Counted from the first letter of the whole stretch, positions 19,380-29,230 are shown. The stretch: DNA of 31,406 nt, filler included, from Candidatus Woesearchaeota archaeon (GCA_018221205.1; 2 parts of 2 records of this genome joined end to end with filler, not necessarily neighbours in it), one strand, 5' to 3'. Notes: generated by a model not told the origin, from the letters alone. Made by a program: numbers and translations.

Positions 19380-20129
19380 TCAAGTTTTTTTTCGTTCGAA
19401 ATATCTTTGTATGAGTAGTTGTTGCTCTTCTGTGAATTCAGTCTCATAGGCAGCTCCAGAGCTGATGAAGACTTCCCTGGGGAAGGAGCTCTGGAAAGTA
19501 TAGTCGCCAATCTCCTCAACATCGCTGAAATCAATATCCATACCGACTGGATTGATCTCCACCTCGATCTTCTCATCCCCTACCTGCATGATGGACTCTT
19601 CAGTTGTAGTGTATTGGCCCTGCTCTGTCTCGTTGCTTTCATCCACTGTGAATCGTTTCACCGCAGCATCCAGCACATCATTGATATCGATGATCTTCAC
19701 ATTCTGGCTTGCGATATAGAGAGAGGCACTCACTGTGACGATAAGCAGGAAGATGAGGATGACTGCCCGATGATAGGAGAAAAAGTTGCTCAGTTCTACT
19801 TTCTTCATATCATTGACAATACTTTCTTCGAGTGCTTCCAAGACGACATTGTCCTCATTCTGGTAGTCTCTCGCAGTGATAAGCTTATCTTTCAGGCCCC
19901 CATACTTACCCTCTACCCTCTTGACATAGTCGATCCTTCCCTGGACAAAGACAGAGGAAAAAAAGTAGATGATCGGTGGGAGGAATGCGTAGTTGGTGTT
20001 GACGCCGACCATGAAAAAGAAGAGATAAGAGACCGTGAGCAAGACAAGGGTCTTTATCAATACCTCAAAGATATTCACCTTTCTCAATAATGAATCGATC
20101 TCTTTGAGTATGTCTTTTATTCTTTCCAT
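19380..20129 (-). CDS. membrane protein of the MoxR/vWA operon
   Basis: About three hydrophobic segments, LKDKLITARD and an acidic C-terminal tail. Tightly packed in the operon. Confidence 0.75.
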   Translation of the reverse strand: MERIKDILKEIDSLLRKVNIFEVLIKTLVLLTVSYLFFFMVGVNTNYAFLPPIIYFFSSVFVQGRIDYVKRVEGKYGGLKDKLITARDYQNEDNVVLEALEESIVNDMKKVELSNFFSYHRAVILIFLLIVTVSASLYIASQNVKIIDINDVLDAAVKRFTVDESNETEQGQYTTTEESIMQVGDEKIEVEINPVGMDIDFSDVEEIGDYTFQSSFPREVFISSGAAYETEFTEEQQLLIQRYFERKKT

Positions 20130-20130
20130 A

Positions 20131-20628
20131 TTAACTGCATTCGCTCATATCGCCACCGCATATCTCCTCGATATCATTCTTGAGACGGTTGACCGTGCTT
20201 CTGTAGGCTGTAATAAGGCTCTCTTGGTTTTCAAGCTCTGACTTGACTGTGATAAGTTCAGATTGTGCCACCAACAATTGGTTGGTCTTCGTGACTAATT
20301 CATTGGTTCTGCTTGTAAGCTCTGTCTTCAGGTTGGCATTCTCGCCTGTCAGTTTTATGTTCTCCCCCCTGATATCAGAAAACTTACTGCTCAGCTCAGT
20401 CTCGTCTTGCTCCTTGACACGGAGATCTGCCGCAGTCTGATTCAACCTGGATTTCTGAAGAAAAAGCTCATCCGTCACGTCCTGCAGATTGGTCAATTGG
20501 GTGGTGTACTCTGCCGAGAGAGAGTTGTAATTCAGGTTATAGTACACACCGATGGCTGTCAACGAGACCGCCAAGAGCATGATGATAAACAACAGTCCTA
20601 GATTAAGATTTTTTTTCATGAAGCTCAT
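20131..20628 (-). CDS. membrane-anchored coiled-coil protein
   Basis: N-terminal hydrophobic helix followed by a long heptad-like region, ending CGGDMSECS. Confidence 0.75.
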   Translation of the reverse strand: MSFMKKNLNLGLLFIIMLLAVSLTAIGVYYNLNYNSLSAEYTTQLTNLQDVTDELFLQKSRLNQTAADLRVKEQDETELSSKFSDIRGENIKLTGENANLKTELTSRTNELVTKTNQLLVAQSELITVKSELENQESLITAYRSTVNRLKNDIEEICGGDMSECS

Positions 20629-23081
20629 TTTAACTGCACCCGGTATTTTTTATGTTCGAATATCTTCCTAATAATGATTTCGATTATGAAAATGAGTAAT
20701 GCAAATGCTAAGGGGTAGAGCTTTAAATCTTTTCTGATTAATTCCTTGCGTTCGCTGAAGCTCGCCAGTTCTCGCAAGATGTCATCGTCCAAGCCCAATA
20801 CCTTGCCTCCTGAAAGCTCGACCATCTCTTTCAGGCCAGGATCAGTGCCCAATGAATAATACTCTCGATAAGGATTGACTGCGATGATGCCGTCGAAAAA
20901 CTGATAATAGCCAGGATTCTCTGCGTTGTACACTGCCTTGTACAGGTCAGTGCCTTCCTTCGTGAACGTAAGGTCCTTTGAGACAGGGTATTTACTTGAT
21001 TTGACAAGGATCTCATTGCCCTCCCCTAAAAAGCCGTCATCGCTTACCATATAGATATCCTTGTCCCGCTCAGGATTTCCGACAGCGTAGTTGATCATTC
21101 TCGTCAGTAATTGTGAATTCTGGCTGGTGAGCAGCTGTCCTGCCCAGCTCGCGCCATCATCGGTCGCCAACGCGATGACCCTCCCTAATCCGAAGTTCCA
21201 GCTGACAACGATTGGATTGCCGTCGCCGGTGAAGATCAGGCTTCGTGCTCCGGATTTAGGGATGACAAAATTGACTCCAGTGACTCTAGCATTGAGGTCA
21301 AGATCTTGGGTGATGAAATGTTCCCGATCGATGATTGCAAGATTAGAGCTGCCCGAAAAGATTTGCTCTTTCGCCTCTGGCTTTCCGAAAAAGACATTGA
21401 GGAACTGGAATTCTGTCGGCTCAAAATAGTTGCCGTTTCCGATCGTCGCCAATGTCGTCATGAACTGCCTGTTTACATCGATCCCATAGAGCGCCGAGGG
21501 AAGTCCTACAGTATAAAGGGTGATGCCTTTCTGTGCCATCCTCTCTGCCACGATCTTAGGGACATGAGGCTCCTGGATCCTTCCCATTTTGCCGTCAGAG
21601 ATCAGGATCGCATTTTTGGTACCTTTTACTTTCTCCAGTGCTATTTCAGCCCACAACAATCCTTGATCGATCGCCGTCCCTTCTCCTTTTCCAAGGGTCT
21701 TGATTTTCTGGATGAGCATCTCGCGATTGTCTTTGAGCTCGACAGGATCAGAGACGATCTGCCCTAGGCTGGCGAAAGCTACCAATCCTACATTGATATC
21801 ATCTCTGAAATCCTCGACCATCTTCACCGCCATCCCTTTGCCAAGGTCCAAGGCAGAATCGTCTCCCCCTTTCTTGTATGAGAAATCCGCAAAGCTTTCA
21901 GAGACATCCATGACAATGACGATGTTATGCTTGAGAGGAGAGATGATCTTTCCTGCGCCCATCTTGACCGGAAGCATTCCTTCAAGAAGCGTCTCTTCAT
22001 AACCTCCTCTGTCATATGAGTTCTGTCCGCCTATGAACAGTATGCCGTTGCCGTCTATAAGATAGCCGGTGAGATCATCGACTCGTGAGGAGACCGAAGA
22101 ATAAGGGAGGTCATTGAAGACGATGGCCTGATAAGATGCCAATGATGAAGGCAGGCTTGGCATCTTCGTGAGCTTGTATATCCTTTTCAGGCCGTCCTCA
22201 AGGGGGCTTGATTTCGTCGTCACAAAAAGTACTTTTGGTTTGGGGACCGACCTTACGGTCTTATAGAATATATTGTTCTCTGTAAAGAAATCTTCCAGGA
22301 CGATCTGGGCAGTGACTTTATGGTATCCCTCTCCAAAACTCTTGATGATCTCCTTTTCGAAGACACTCTGACCTGAAAACTCCAGCTTATCATCGACGAA
22401 GATCTGCAGAGTAAATGCTGGCTGGCTGCCTACGAAGTTCACCTTGACGACAAATCGGTTGGGCGTGCCCTCGATGGCCTCAGAAGGGCCGATGATCTCG
22501 ACAGAGGCGTCATTCCGTGTCGGATCGATGTCAAGGGCGAACAATCTCGTATCAGATACTCGTGCATATAATCCCACATCTCTCAGGCTCTTCCCGAAAT
22601 TGTTTTTGCCGTCTGATATGATCAGCAGATTATCATTCCCTTCTATCTTCCTGAGGATACCCTCTCCTAACTCTGATTTGGTGCCTGCGCTGATCTGGCT
22701 TATCTCCATCACCTTCCCTTTGAGCTTGTCTCTCGTATTTTCCAGCAGCTCTGGAGAGAACACATCCATCGACACACTATTGTCGACGAGAACTTTAGTG
22801 GTAGGATCTCCATGAGTAGTGATCTCCTTAGTGGTGAATGGATAGGTAAAAGCAAGAAGAAGTGCAAGAAGGATGAGCGTCCTGGTGATGAGCATAGAGA
22901 ACCGGAGCCATTTATTCCGTTCTCTGAAACTCTTCTTCTCTTCTGGGTTCCGGAATTTCACAAGATCGAAATAGAGGAAATAGAGGAGCAGGAAGAAGAT
23001 AGGCACGATAAGGAGGAGAATATAGGCTTGTTCCATGCAATAGCCCTGATAGCAGATGCTTGTAGGCAGTGCCCGTATCAT
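20625..23081 (-). CDS. large membrane-anchored vWA-domain protein
   Basis: Two MIDAS-like motifs (DNSVSM...ISDG and DVSESF...ISDG), a GGQNSY segment, and N- and C-terminal TM helices. Confidence 0.85.
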   Translation of the reverse strand: MIRALPTSICYQGYCMEQAYILLLIVPIFFLLLYFLYFDLVKFRNPEEKKSFRERNKWLRFSMLITRTLILLALLLAFTYPFTTKEITTHGDPTTKVLVDNSVSMDVFSPELLENTRDKLKGKVMEISQISAGTKSELGEGILRKIEGNDNLLIISDGKNNFGKSLRDVGLYARVSDTRLFALDIDPTRNDASVEIIGPSEAIEGTPNRFVVKVNFVGSQPAFTLQIFVDDKLEFSGQSVFEKEIIKSFGEGYHKVTAQIVLEDFFTENNIFYKTVRSVPKPKVLFVTTKSSPLEDGLKRIYKLTKMPSLPSSLASYQAIVFNDLPYSSVSSRVDDLTGYLIDGNGILFIGGQNSYDRGGYEETLLEGMLPVKMGAGKIISPLKHNIVIVMDVSESFADFSYKKGGDDSALDLGKGMAVKMVEDFRDDINVGLVAFASLGQIVSDPVELKDNREMLIQKIKTLGKGEGTAIDQGLLWAEIALEKVKGTKNAILISDGKMGRIQEPHVPKIVAERMAQKGITLYTVGLPSALYGIDVNRQFMTTLATIGNGNYFEPTEFQFLNVFFGKPEAKEQIFSGSSNLAIIDREHFITQDLDLNARVTGVNFVIPKSGARSLIFTGDGNPIVVSWNFGLGRVIALATDDGASWAGQLLTSQNSQLLTRMINYAVGNPERDKDIYMVSDDGFLGEGNEILVKSSKYPVSKDLTFTKEGTDLYKAVYNAENPGYYQFFDGIIAVNPYREYYSLGTDPGLKEMVELSGGKVLGLDDDILRELASFSERKELIRKDLKLYPLAFALLIFIIEIIIRKIFEHKKYRVQLK

Positions 23082-24850
23082 AGGTCACCTCTCCGTTTGA
23101 TGTAATAGAGCTCAAAGAGGAATAGGAGAAGGGCGATGAACAACAGATAGCTCGATAGATTGACATCCAGGTCGACCTTGTCCTGGGTCTCGAAGAATGC
23201 GGTTTCGTTGATGACTTCTGATTCCTTATAGATATTTGATTCCACTGGATCGAGGAGGTTCACTGCTATCCTCTCCCCATCAAGGGTATGGAAGCCTGCA
23301 GTGTCAAGAAGGGTGGTTGATTTATTAGTCTTCAAGTAGATATCTCCGGTGCGATAATTGAAATTCGCAAGGCTCTTCTTCCCGAGCAGGGCATTGATTA
23401 CATCATCCCAGAAAAGGGGATAAGCTATTTGGTCTTTGAAACCTGCATATTCATCGATGATACCATAATAGAACAGGCCCTGCTCCATCACGAAGATGGG
23501 TGTCTGCTCGGTTGTCGAAGCAAGTACGACCGATTCCTGTCCGATAGTGAGAGTATAGAACGCTTCCAAGTCGCTGAAACATCGTGGATTGCTGATTCGA
23601 GAAGTATACTCATTGACAATATCAGTGCAGGCGCTCTGCTCTGCGCGCTCGAAAGTGCCGACAGAGAACTGTGTCAGGCCCTGCAGATTGAGCTGATTGA
23701 GATCTTCCTGGCTTGTCAGGACAACTTTTCCTCCATCGTCACGATATTTCCTGATGTCCCGGAACATATTAGGCAGCAATTGGCTTGGATCGACCTCATT
23801 GACGACAATGACATCATGTCTGAAGTCAGGAACAACAGGAGGTTGTGCTATCTCGACGTCAAAATGGGCGTTTGCCTCCAGGGCATCTAATAAGTGGCTG
23901 TCTTGATTGTTTGTGATGAGCAGTACTCTCAGATTACGATCATATGGATTCATCACATAGAGGGTATTGTCATTCGGAAGGGCGTCTCCGGAAAGGATCT
24001 CCAGTTTGGTCTCCCCTCTGAAGATATCGAAAGTGATCCGTTCGATGGAGTTGGCGGCTATCTGCACTCTTACTGTCTCCTGCCTCTCTGATGAATCCAA
24101 CCTGACATCCACAGCCTTGTCTCGTCCGCCATAGTTCTTGACGAACGCCTCTCCCTTCCCTCTGATGATGTTAAGATTGACAAATCCAAGGTTCTCCTTC
24201 GGAGAACCGATCGGTATGAAGACGACTCTTTTGTCGCCTGCCTCGAGCAATTTTTTTGCGGCAAGGACATCATCATTATTATTGACGGCAAAATCAGAAT
24301 AGACGATGATGTTCCCTTTCTGCTCTCCCAAGATATCTTGGGCAAGCATCATCGCTCCGTCCAGTCTCGTCGAGACATCTTTGGCTGCTAGGTTCGAGAC
24401 AAGGGACCTAGCTCTTCCTCCTGAGACGTTGCTAGCAACAAGGACAGGATTCTCCTCAGCGAGTATCAAAGAAGTTCGCCCTTTTATGAGGTTGAGAAGA
24501 TCCTGCTTCCGTGAATCTATCCTTGTCAAGACTCCTTCTCTCGTATGCATAGATGCGCTCACATCGACGATGGCGATAGTATTGAGGGAGAATGCATCTA
24601 CCGGGACCTGGATATGGGGATTGGCTGCAGAGAGCGCCAGGAGGATGATAAAAAACAATTGGATGAAGAATAATAATCTCACCAGCAATTTCTGAAGAAT
24701 CGAATTATATTTCTTTTCTTTCTGATAATCTGCGAAAAAGAGCAGGGAAGGTATCTTCACGACCCTCGGCTTCTGCTTGATCAGATAGAGAAGTATCAGG
24801 GCGATGATAAAGGATAATAGATACAATCCTTCTGCTGTTTCAAATGCCAT
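23078..24850 (-). CDS. BatA-type N-terminus, vWA-domain membrane protein
   Basis: LILLYLIKQKP...IPSLLF (BatA-like), DVSASM MIDAS and a C-terminal TM helix. ATGA overlap with the next gene. Confidence 0.88.
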   Translation of the reverse strand: MAFETAEGLYLLSFIIALILLYLIKQKPRVVKIPSLLFFADYQKEKKYNSILQKLLVRLLFFIQLFFIILLALSAANPHIQVPVDAFSLNTIAIVDVSASMHTREGVLTRIDSRKQDLLNLIKGRTSLILAEENPVLVASNVSGGRARSLVSNLAAKDVSTRLDGAMMLAQDILGEQKGNIIVYSDFAVNNNDDVLAAKKLLEAGDKRVVFIPIGSPKENLGFVNLNIIRGKGEAFVKNYGGRDKAVDVRLDSSERQETVRVQIAANSIERITFDIFRGETKLEILSGDALPNDNTLYVMNPYDRNLRVLLITNNQDSHLLDALEANAHFDVEIAQPPVVPDFRHDVIVVNEVDPSQLLPNMFRDIRKYRDDGGKVVLTSQEDLNQLNLQGLTQFSVGTFERAEQSACTDIVNEYTSRISNPRCFSDLEAFYTLTIGQESVVLASTTEQTPIFVMEQGLFYYGIIDEYAGFKDQIAYPLFWDDVINALLGKKSLANFNYRTGDIYLKTNKSTTLLDTAGFHTLDGERIAVNLLDPVESNIYKESEVINETAFFETQDKVDLDVNLSSYLLFIALLLFLFELYYIKRRGDL

Positions 24851-24853
24851 CTG

Positions 24854-25051
24854 TTACCTCTTTTTTTGGATATTTTCCCTCAGCTCTTTCTGGTTCACCA
24901 GTTTGGTGGAGACGATGAGACTGCCATTGAATTCATACCAATACAGCTCTGAGCCGAGAGAGATGTCTAGATCCTTGCGCGCTTCTGTCGGTAAAGTGAG
25001 CTGTCCCTGTCCTGTCAGCCTCACTTTCCCGATAAATTTTGGTTCGTGCAT
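24854..25051 (-). CDS. AbrB/MazE/SpoVT-family DNA-binding protein
   Basis: VRLTGQGQLTLPTEARKDLDISLGSEL matches the swapped-hairpin consensus. Confidence 0.85.
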   Translation of the reverse strand: MHEPKFIGKVRLTGQGQLTLPTEARKDLDISLGSELYWYEFNGSLIVSTKLVNQKELRENIQKKR

Positions 25052-25097
25052 ATTAAAATTAATATTTTTATTAAATTTAATAATCCACCTTTATAAA
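25051..25097 (-). promoter_or_regulatory. TATA box plus two tandem palindromic operator-like boxes upstream of the AbrB-led operon
   Basis: TATTAAAATTAATA (25051-25064) and TATTAAATTTAATA (25069-25082), with TTTATAAA at 25090-25097. Confidence 0.55.
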
Positions 25098-25141
25098 TGT
25101 TTCTGTGATCTGATGAATAAAAAAAAGTAAAGAAAAAGGAT

Positions 25142-25798
25142 TTAAAGCTTTTTCCTTAAATCTTTGAGGATCTTGGATGCTTCTTCCTTAAAACCGAGGC
25201 CGAACGAGATGGCCAAAGCAAGCATCACTCCTCCTAAGACGATAAGGAAGGCGGTTTCAGCCACTAACAATTCGATGCCGATCTGCTTCAAAGCAATCAA
25301 TACGACAAAGACCATAGTGACAAGTTTGGCTGCCGATGCAAGCGAACTTCCCTTCTTTCCTCGTGTCTCTTGGATCTTTTGGCCGATATACTCAGAAAGC
25401 ACATAGCCAGCCATCGCGATGACGATTGCCAAGATGATGTTCGGTACCCATAACGCAACTGCCTGAAAAAACTGCGACAGCATATCGAGCTTGACAACCT
25501 GCGCAGCGGGATTCAGGAAGATAATGAAGACATACCACTTCGTTATCAGTCCTAAGAAATAATTGATGTTCCATTTACCCACTTCACTTTGTAGTCCTGC
25601 TTTCTTGACGATTATCGATACTATTTTTGTCTTATCTAATATTCTCTTCAATACATGTCCCAACAATGCCCCAACTAAATAACCGAGCACTAGAATGAGA
25701 ATTGCTGCAATCAATCCCGGTAAAGCAGTCATGATATCAAAATAAAGTTCTGCGAATGCTCCACCGATTGCATTGCCTGTATCTACAACTATTGTCAT
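25142..25798 (-). CDS. TM-helix repeat membrane protein (CmpX/MscS-associated type)
   Basis: Repeated LPGLIAAILIL and VPNIILAIVI segments, ALKQIGI and ALAISFGLG. GGAGGTG RBS. Confidence 0.8.
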   Translation of the reverse strand: MTIVVDTGNAIGGAFAELYFDIMTALPGLIAAILILVLGYLVGALLGHVLKRILDKTKIVSIIVKKAGLQSEVGKWNINYFLGLITKWYVFIIFLNPAAQVVKLDMLSQFFQAVALWVPNIILAIVIAMAGYVLSEYIGQKIQETRGKKGSSLASAAKLVTMVFVVLIALKQIGIELLVAETAFLIVLGGVMLALAISFGLGFKEEASKILKDLRKKL

Positions 25799-25938
25799 AC
25801 ATAACACCTCCTTTTTCTCTCAAACTATTCTTTCTTACTTAAATATCTTGCGAAATTGCTTTTAAATGCCCCTCATTATTTATAAATAAACGAAATATTT
25901 ATATATATTAGTTTACATAAGCCTATACAGAATAGAAG

Positions 25939-26241
25939 GTGCTTAAAATAGAAAAAAGCATAAAGCACGATCGCTACCTTGAAGACCTATTCCAGAGGCT
26001 ATCTTCTCAATATGATATCATCCTGAAAAACGTCCCGCTCTATTCAAAAAGAAAAAGAAAAGTTGCAGAGATCGATATCCTTGCGTGTAGAGATGGTGTC
26101 TGTGATATCTACGAAGTGAAATGCAGTCACCGAATAACGAAAGCGAGAAAACAATTGAGAAAGATTGAGAAGCTGCTTCCATCAAAAGTAAGATCATCAT
26201 TCTTTTTCTGTGGAGAATCAGGCTTATTGACAGTGATCTAG
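25939..26241 (+). CDS. small PD-(D/E)XK nuclease-fold protein
   Basis: AEIDILA...IYEVKCS...KARKQL motif order, GTG start, convergent with thrS. Confidence 0.7.
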   Translation: MLKIEKSIKHDRYLEDLFQRLSSQYDIILKNVPLYSKRKRKVAEIDILACRDGVCDIYEVKCSHRITKARKQLRKIEKLLPSKVRSSFFFCGESGLLTVI

Positions 26242-28103
26242 CCGACAAAGATCGGCCTTCTGCTTAATTCTTTAGGCAGTGCCAGTGGATAGAACGGCAT
26301 GTCTTTTGTTTCCTTCTTGACATGATCCATCAAGCTTTTGACATCCATCTCAACGAGATCTTTCTGTCCTCGGATTCTGACTGGAAGCTTGCCTGATGCC
26401 TTCTCTTTCTCACCAATGACGACGATGAGAGATGCCCATTCCCTCTCAGCTTCTCTTATCTTTTTGCCGACATGCAATGTCCGATCATCAAGATCAGCTC
26501 GGATACTGTTCTTCTTCAACTCATCAACAAGCTGATTAGCATCTTGAGTAAAACTCTCTGAGACAGGAATGACTCTCACTTGGACAGGGCTCAACCACAT
26601 CGGAAGCTTACCCACTTTGCCTGCTTTCTGATCAAAGGCTGCTTTCTCGAGCAGCGCATACATCACTCTTTCGATGGCACCAGAAGGGCTGCAATGCAGC
26701 ACCAGAGGATGCTTCTGCTTGCTATCCTTATCAGTGAACTTCATATCATATCTTTCGCCATTCTCGATATCGATCTGGTCTGTGCTCAAAGCAGATGCCT
26801 TGTCAAGCGTGTCGACAAAATTGAATTCATATTTCAAGATAAAATAGAATATCCGTTCATCCCACATCTCTAAAAGAATGGGCTTGTTTAATTTCTTCAC
26901 CAATCCAAAGATAAAATCTTTATTCTTCTCGAAGAAATCCTTCGTTGTTCGAAGTGCCATCTCGACATCTTCATCTCCTAGTCCCATATTATTCAGGACG
27001 CTTAAGCAGAGGTCAAATCTGATCTTGAACTCATCCATGGCTTGGTTGATGTCCGCGACCAGAGCATGGCAATCAGGCATGGTGAATGCACGCAACCTTC
27101 GCAACCCTGTCAGCTCTCCGCTCTGTTCTCTCCGGAAAGAATATCGTGTCATTTCATAGAGCTTAAGGGGAAGGTCCTTATAGCTGATTGTCGCATCATG
27201 CGCAATCAGGAACTGGCCGAAGCAGGCAGCAAATCTCAAGAAGAATTTCCTCTTATCAGAATCGATCTGATATTGCCGTGCAGGAAACCGCTGAAGATAT
27301 TTTGATAATGATGGGTGATTCATATCATACATGATCGGAGTTTCCACTTCCACTCCCCCATATTCAATAACTCGCTTATTGACATACTCCTCGATCAGCT
27401 TCTTCACCAACCGTCCCTTAGGATAATAACGCATGTTGCCGCCATCAGAAGCAGGTTCATAATCGACCAATTCAAGTTTCCTCATGAATTTGACATGGGG
27501 GGGCTCTTGATCTACAGCTCGTTTCTTATCTTTCTCATAAAACGCAAATTTCTTCAGTTTTGGATGGTTGGAATAATCAAATTTATCCACTTCATGGAGC
27601 TCGCCTTCTGGAGTCAGGATGTGCCAATAGCTTGTAAGCTTCCGCTCTTTCTTCAAAGAATCAGTCTCATCATCTTTTTTCGCATCTCCAGGGCCAAACT
27701 CTCTGCTCAGCTCTGCTAAGGGATGGCCTTTGACGCTGATATTGAAGGATTTATACCATCCAAAGGGACTGCGATGGACAGCATAGTCATTCTTCAGCTC
27801 TTTTTCCATGCCATCAAGCACTTGAAGTGCAGTATCCGGCTTGGAAGGAGTATTCGTCAGATGGACATAAGGATAAAGCACGATGGTCTTCTCTTTCACT
27901 TGGTCAGCGATATCTTTCACATGGCCGATGGCTTGCTTGATGATATCTTTTGGATTAGCTTCATCTCTCTCCTCGACAGAGAGAAACACCACTAAGCAAT
28001 TCTCGACCTTCTCTTTCTTGTTTTTCAGTTCCTCGGGTTGTTTGATAGCTTTCTTCTTCGCCTCGAACTCAATAAAGTCAGAGTGGAGTGCTAATAGTTT
28101 CAT
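26238..28103 (-). CDS. thrS: threonyl-tRNA synthetase, archaeal type with N-terminal editing domain
   Basis: LYPYVHL and RSPFGWYKSF...KGHPLAELSR (archaeal editing domain), LRFAACFGQF, FRREQSGE, FTMPDCH, LHCSPSGAIER and an anticodon-binding domain. Confidence 0.97.
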   Translation of the reverse strand: MKLLALHSDFIEFEAKKKAIKQPEELKNKKEKVENCLVVFLSVEERDEANPKDIIKQAIGHVKDIADQVKEKTIVLYPYVHLTNTPSKPDTALQVLDGMEKELKNDYAVHRSPFGWYKSFNISVKGHPLAELSREFGPGDAKKDDETDSLKKERKLTSYWHILTPEGELHEVDKFDYSNHPKLKKFAFYEKDKKRAVDQEPPHVKFMRKLELVDYEPASDGGNMRYYPKGRLVKKLIEEYVNKRVIEYGGVEVETPIMYDMNHPSLSKYLQRFPARQYQIDSDKRKFFLRFAACFGQFLIAHDATISYKDLPLKLYEMTRYSFRREQSGELTGLRRLRAFTMPDCHALVADINQAMDEFKIRFDLCLSVLNNMGLGDEDVEMALRTTKDFFEKNKDFIFGLVKKLNKPILLEMWDERIFYFILKYEFNFVDTLDKASALSTDQIDIENGERYDMKFTDKDSKQKHPLVLHCSPSGAIERVMYALLEKAAFDQKAGKVGKLPMWLSPVQVRVIPVSESFTQDANQLVDELKKNSIRADLDDRTLHVGKKIREAEREWASLIVVIGEKEKASGKLPVRIRGQKDLVEMDVKSLMDHVKKETKDMPFYPLALPKELSRRPIFVG

Positions 28104-28240
28104 CTTCTATCACTTCCTTTGCGAACGAAGTGAGCGCGTGGTGCTTTAGCACCACTATTTTCGTTAACGTTTTTAATTTCGCTTGCGAAATTCAAAAGGT
28201 TAAACTCGATGAAATCTGAATGCAACGCTAAGAGTTTCAT
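28100..28240 (-). other. duplicated, synonymously re-coded thrS 5' end (13 codons) plus a palindromic insert, forming a 46-codon upstream ORF coupled to thrS
   Basis: ATG AAA CTC TTA GCG TTG CAT TCA GAT TTC ATC GAG TTT (28240-28202) and thrS ATG AAA CTA TTA GCA CTC CAC TCT GAC TTT ATT GAG TTC both encode MKLLALHSDFIEF. The upstream frame ends at TGA 28102-28100, overlapping the thrS ATG. Confidence 0.9.
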
Positions 28241-28277
28241 AAAAGAAATGAATTGATAAAGGATTTATAAAACTTAC

Positions 28278-29201
28278 TTAAGATTTATTCCAGGCGCTAA
28301 CTACATGGACTGTATGACCGATTGTCTTTCCTTGTTCATATAATCTTAGCGCTTCTTTTGCATTAATTCTATGTCTTGTCAATCCTTTTTTTAGCCTTTC
28401 ACCATCCATGTTAAATTGTTGAACAATCCCAAGATTGATTGCATCAACCATATGGGGCGGCAGTGCATAGAAATCAAATTCAAGTTTTTGCTCAGCTTTC
28501 GCATAGCTTTGTAAGACTTCTTCTGGTTCAGTTTGAACTTTGATACCAGTAAATATTTCTTTATAAGAATATCCTTCACCTTCAACCATATTCTTGACTA
28601 TATCTAGAGGTACTCGTCCCCCGATTGCCATCACCAATCTACCTCGAGATTTTAAGACTTGTTTAGCTTGAACAAGACAAGCATAATGGGGTAATAATAA
28701 ATATGCTTCTGCTAATTCATTGTTAAATGATGCTAAATGCTGTTCATTAAAAAAGGAGCCGCTTGTTTCTAATTCAAACTCTTCATCTGAAATAGGAATG
28801 TTTGCTAGGTTTTCCACGATAATATCTAACTTAATCCCCCTTTCAATAAAGGGCTCTAGGAGATTTCCAGTGTAACCTTGAAGTGAACGGCCCCCCATAT
28901 AAGGAGACAGATTCATTAAAGCTAGTGATAAGTCATTCTCATCAAGATTAGTTACAAAAAGATTATATGCAATAAATCCTAGTTTTACTCCTATAGCATC
29001 AGCACCTGCACCAGTGCCAACAATACCTAAGTCAGAGACAGCCCCTCCATATTTATGCAAACCACTCAGAACGAATGGTGCCCAGTTATCCCAAACATTA
29101 TCTTTGATAGAATAGGAATCAGCTGGATTTATTTTGATTCTGCCAGATTTGCTGTAGTTGACTGTTTGTCGCATCATATCTGTGATATCTATCATGACCA
29201 T
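28278..29201 (-). CDS. putative class I SAM-dependent methyltransferase
   Basis: Motif I-like DLGIVGTGAGADAIG, GNLLEP and IVENLANIP (NPP-like motif IV region). AT-rich relative to flanking genes. Confidence 0.65.
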   Translation of the reverse strand: MVMIDITDMMRQTVNYSKSGRIKINPADSYSIKDNVWDNWAPFVLSGLHKYGGAVSDLGIVGTGAGADAIGVKLGFIAYNLFVTNLDENDLSLALMNLSPYMGGRSLQGYTGNLLEPFIERGIKLDIIVENLANIPISDEEFELETSGSFFNEQHLASFNNELAEAYLLLPHYACLVQAKQVLKSRGRLVMAIGGRVPLDIVKNMVEGEGYSYKEIFTGIKVQTEPEEVLQSYAKAEQKLEFDFYALPPHMVDAINLGIVQQFNMDGERLKKGLTRHRINAKEALRLYEQGKTIGHTVHVVSAWNKS

Positions 29202-29230
29202 CAAGAATGAAAATCATAATATAATATTTC

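Noticed and set aside
2853..28149. Numerous 60-220 aa ORFs nested in or antisense to the called genes (e.g. 2853-3344, 4911-5417, 14256-14843, 19419-20090)
   Set aside because: They overlap well-supported genes and carry no motifs, as expected for shadow ORFs.
28100..28240. Threonine-sensing attenuator leader peptide for thrS
   Set aside because: The 46-codon upstream ORF contains no Thr codons and instead duplicates the ThrRS N-terminus.
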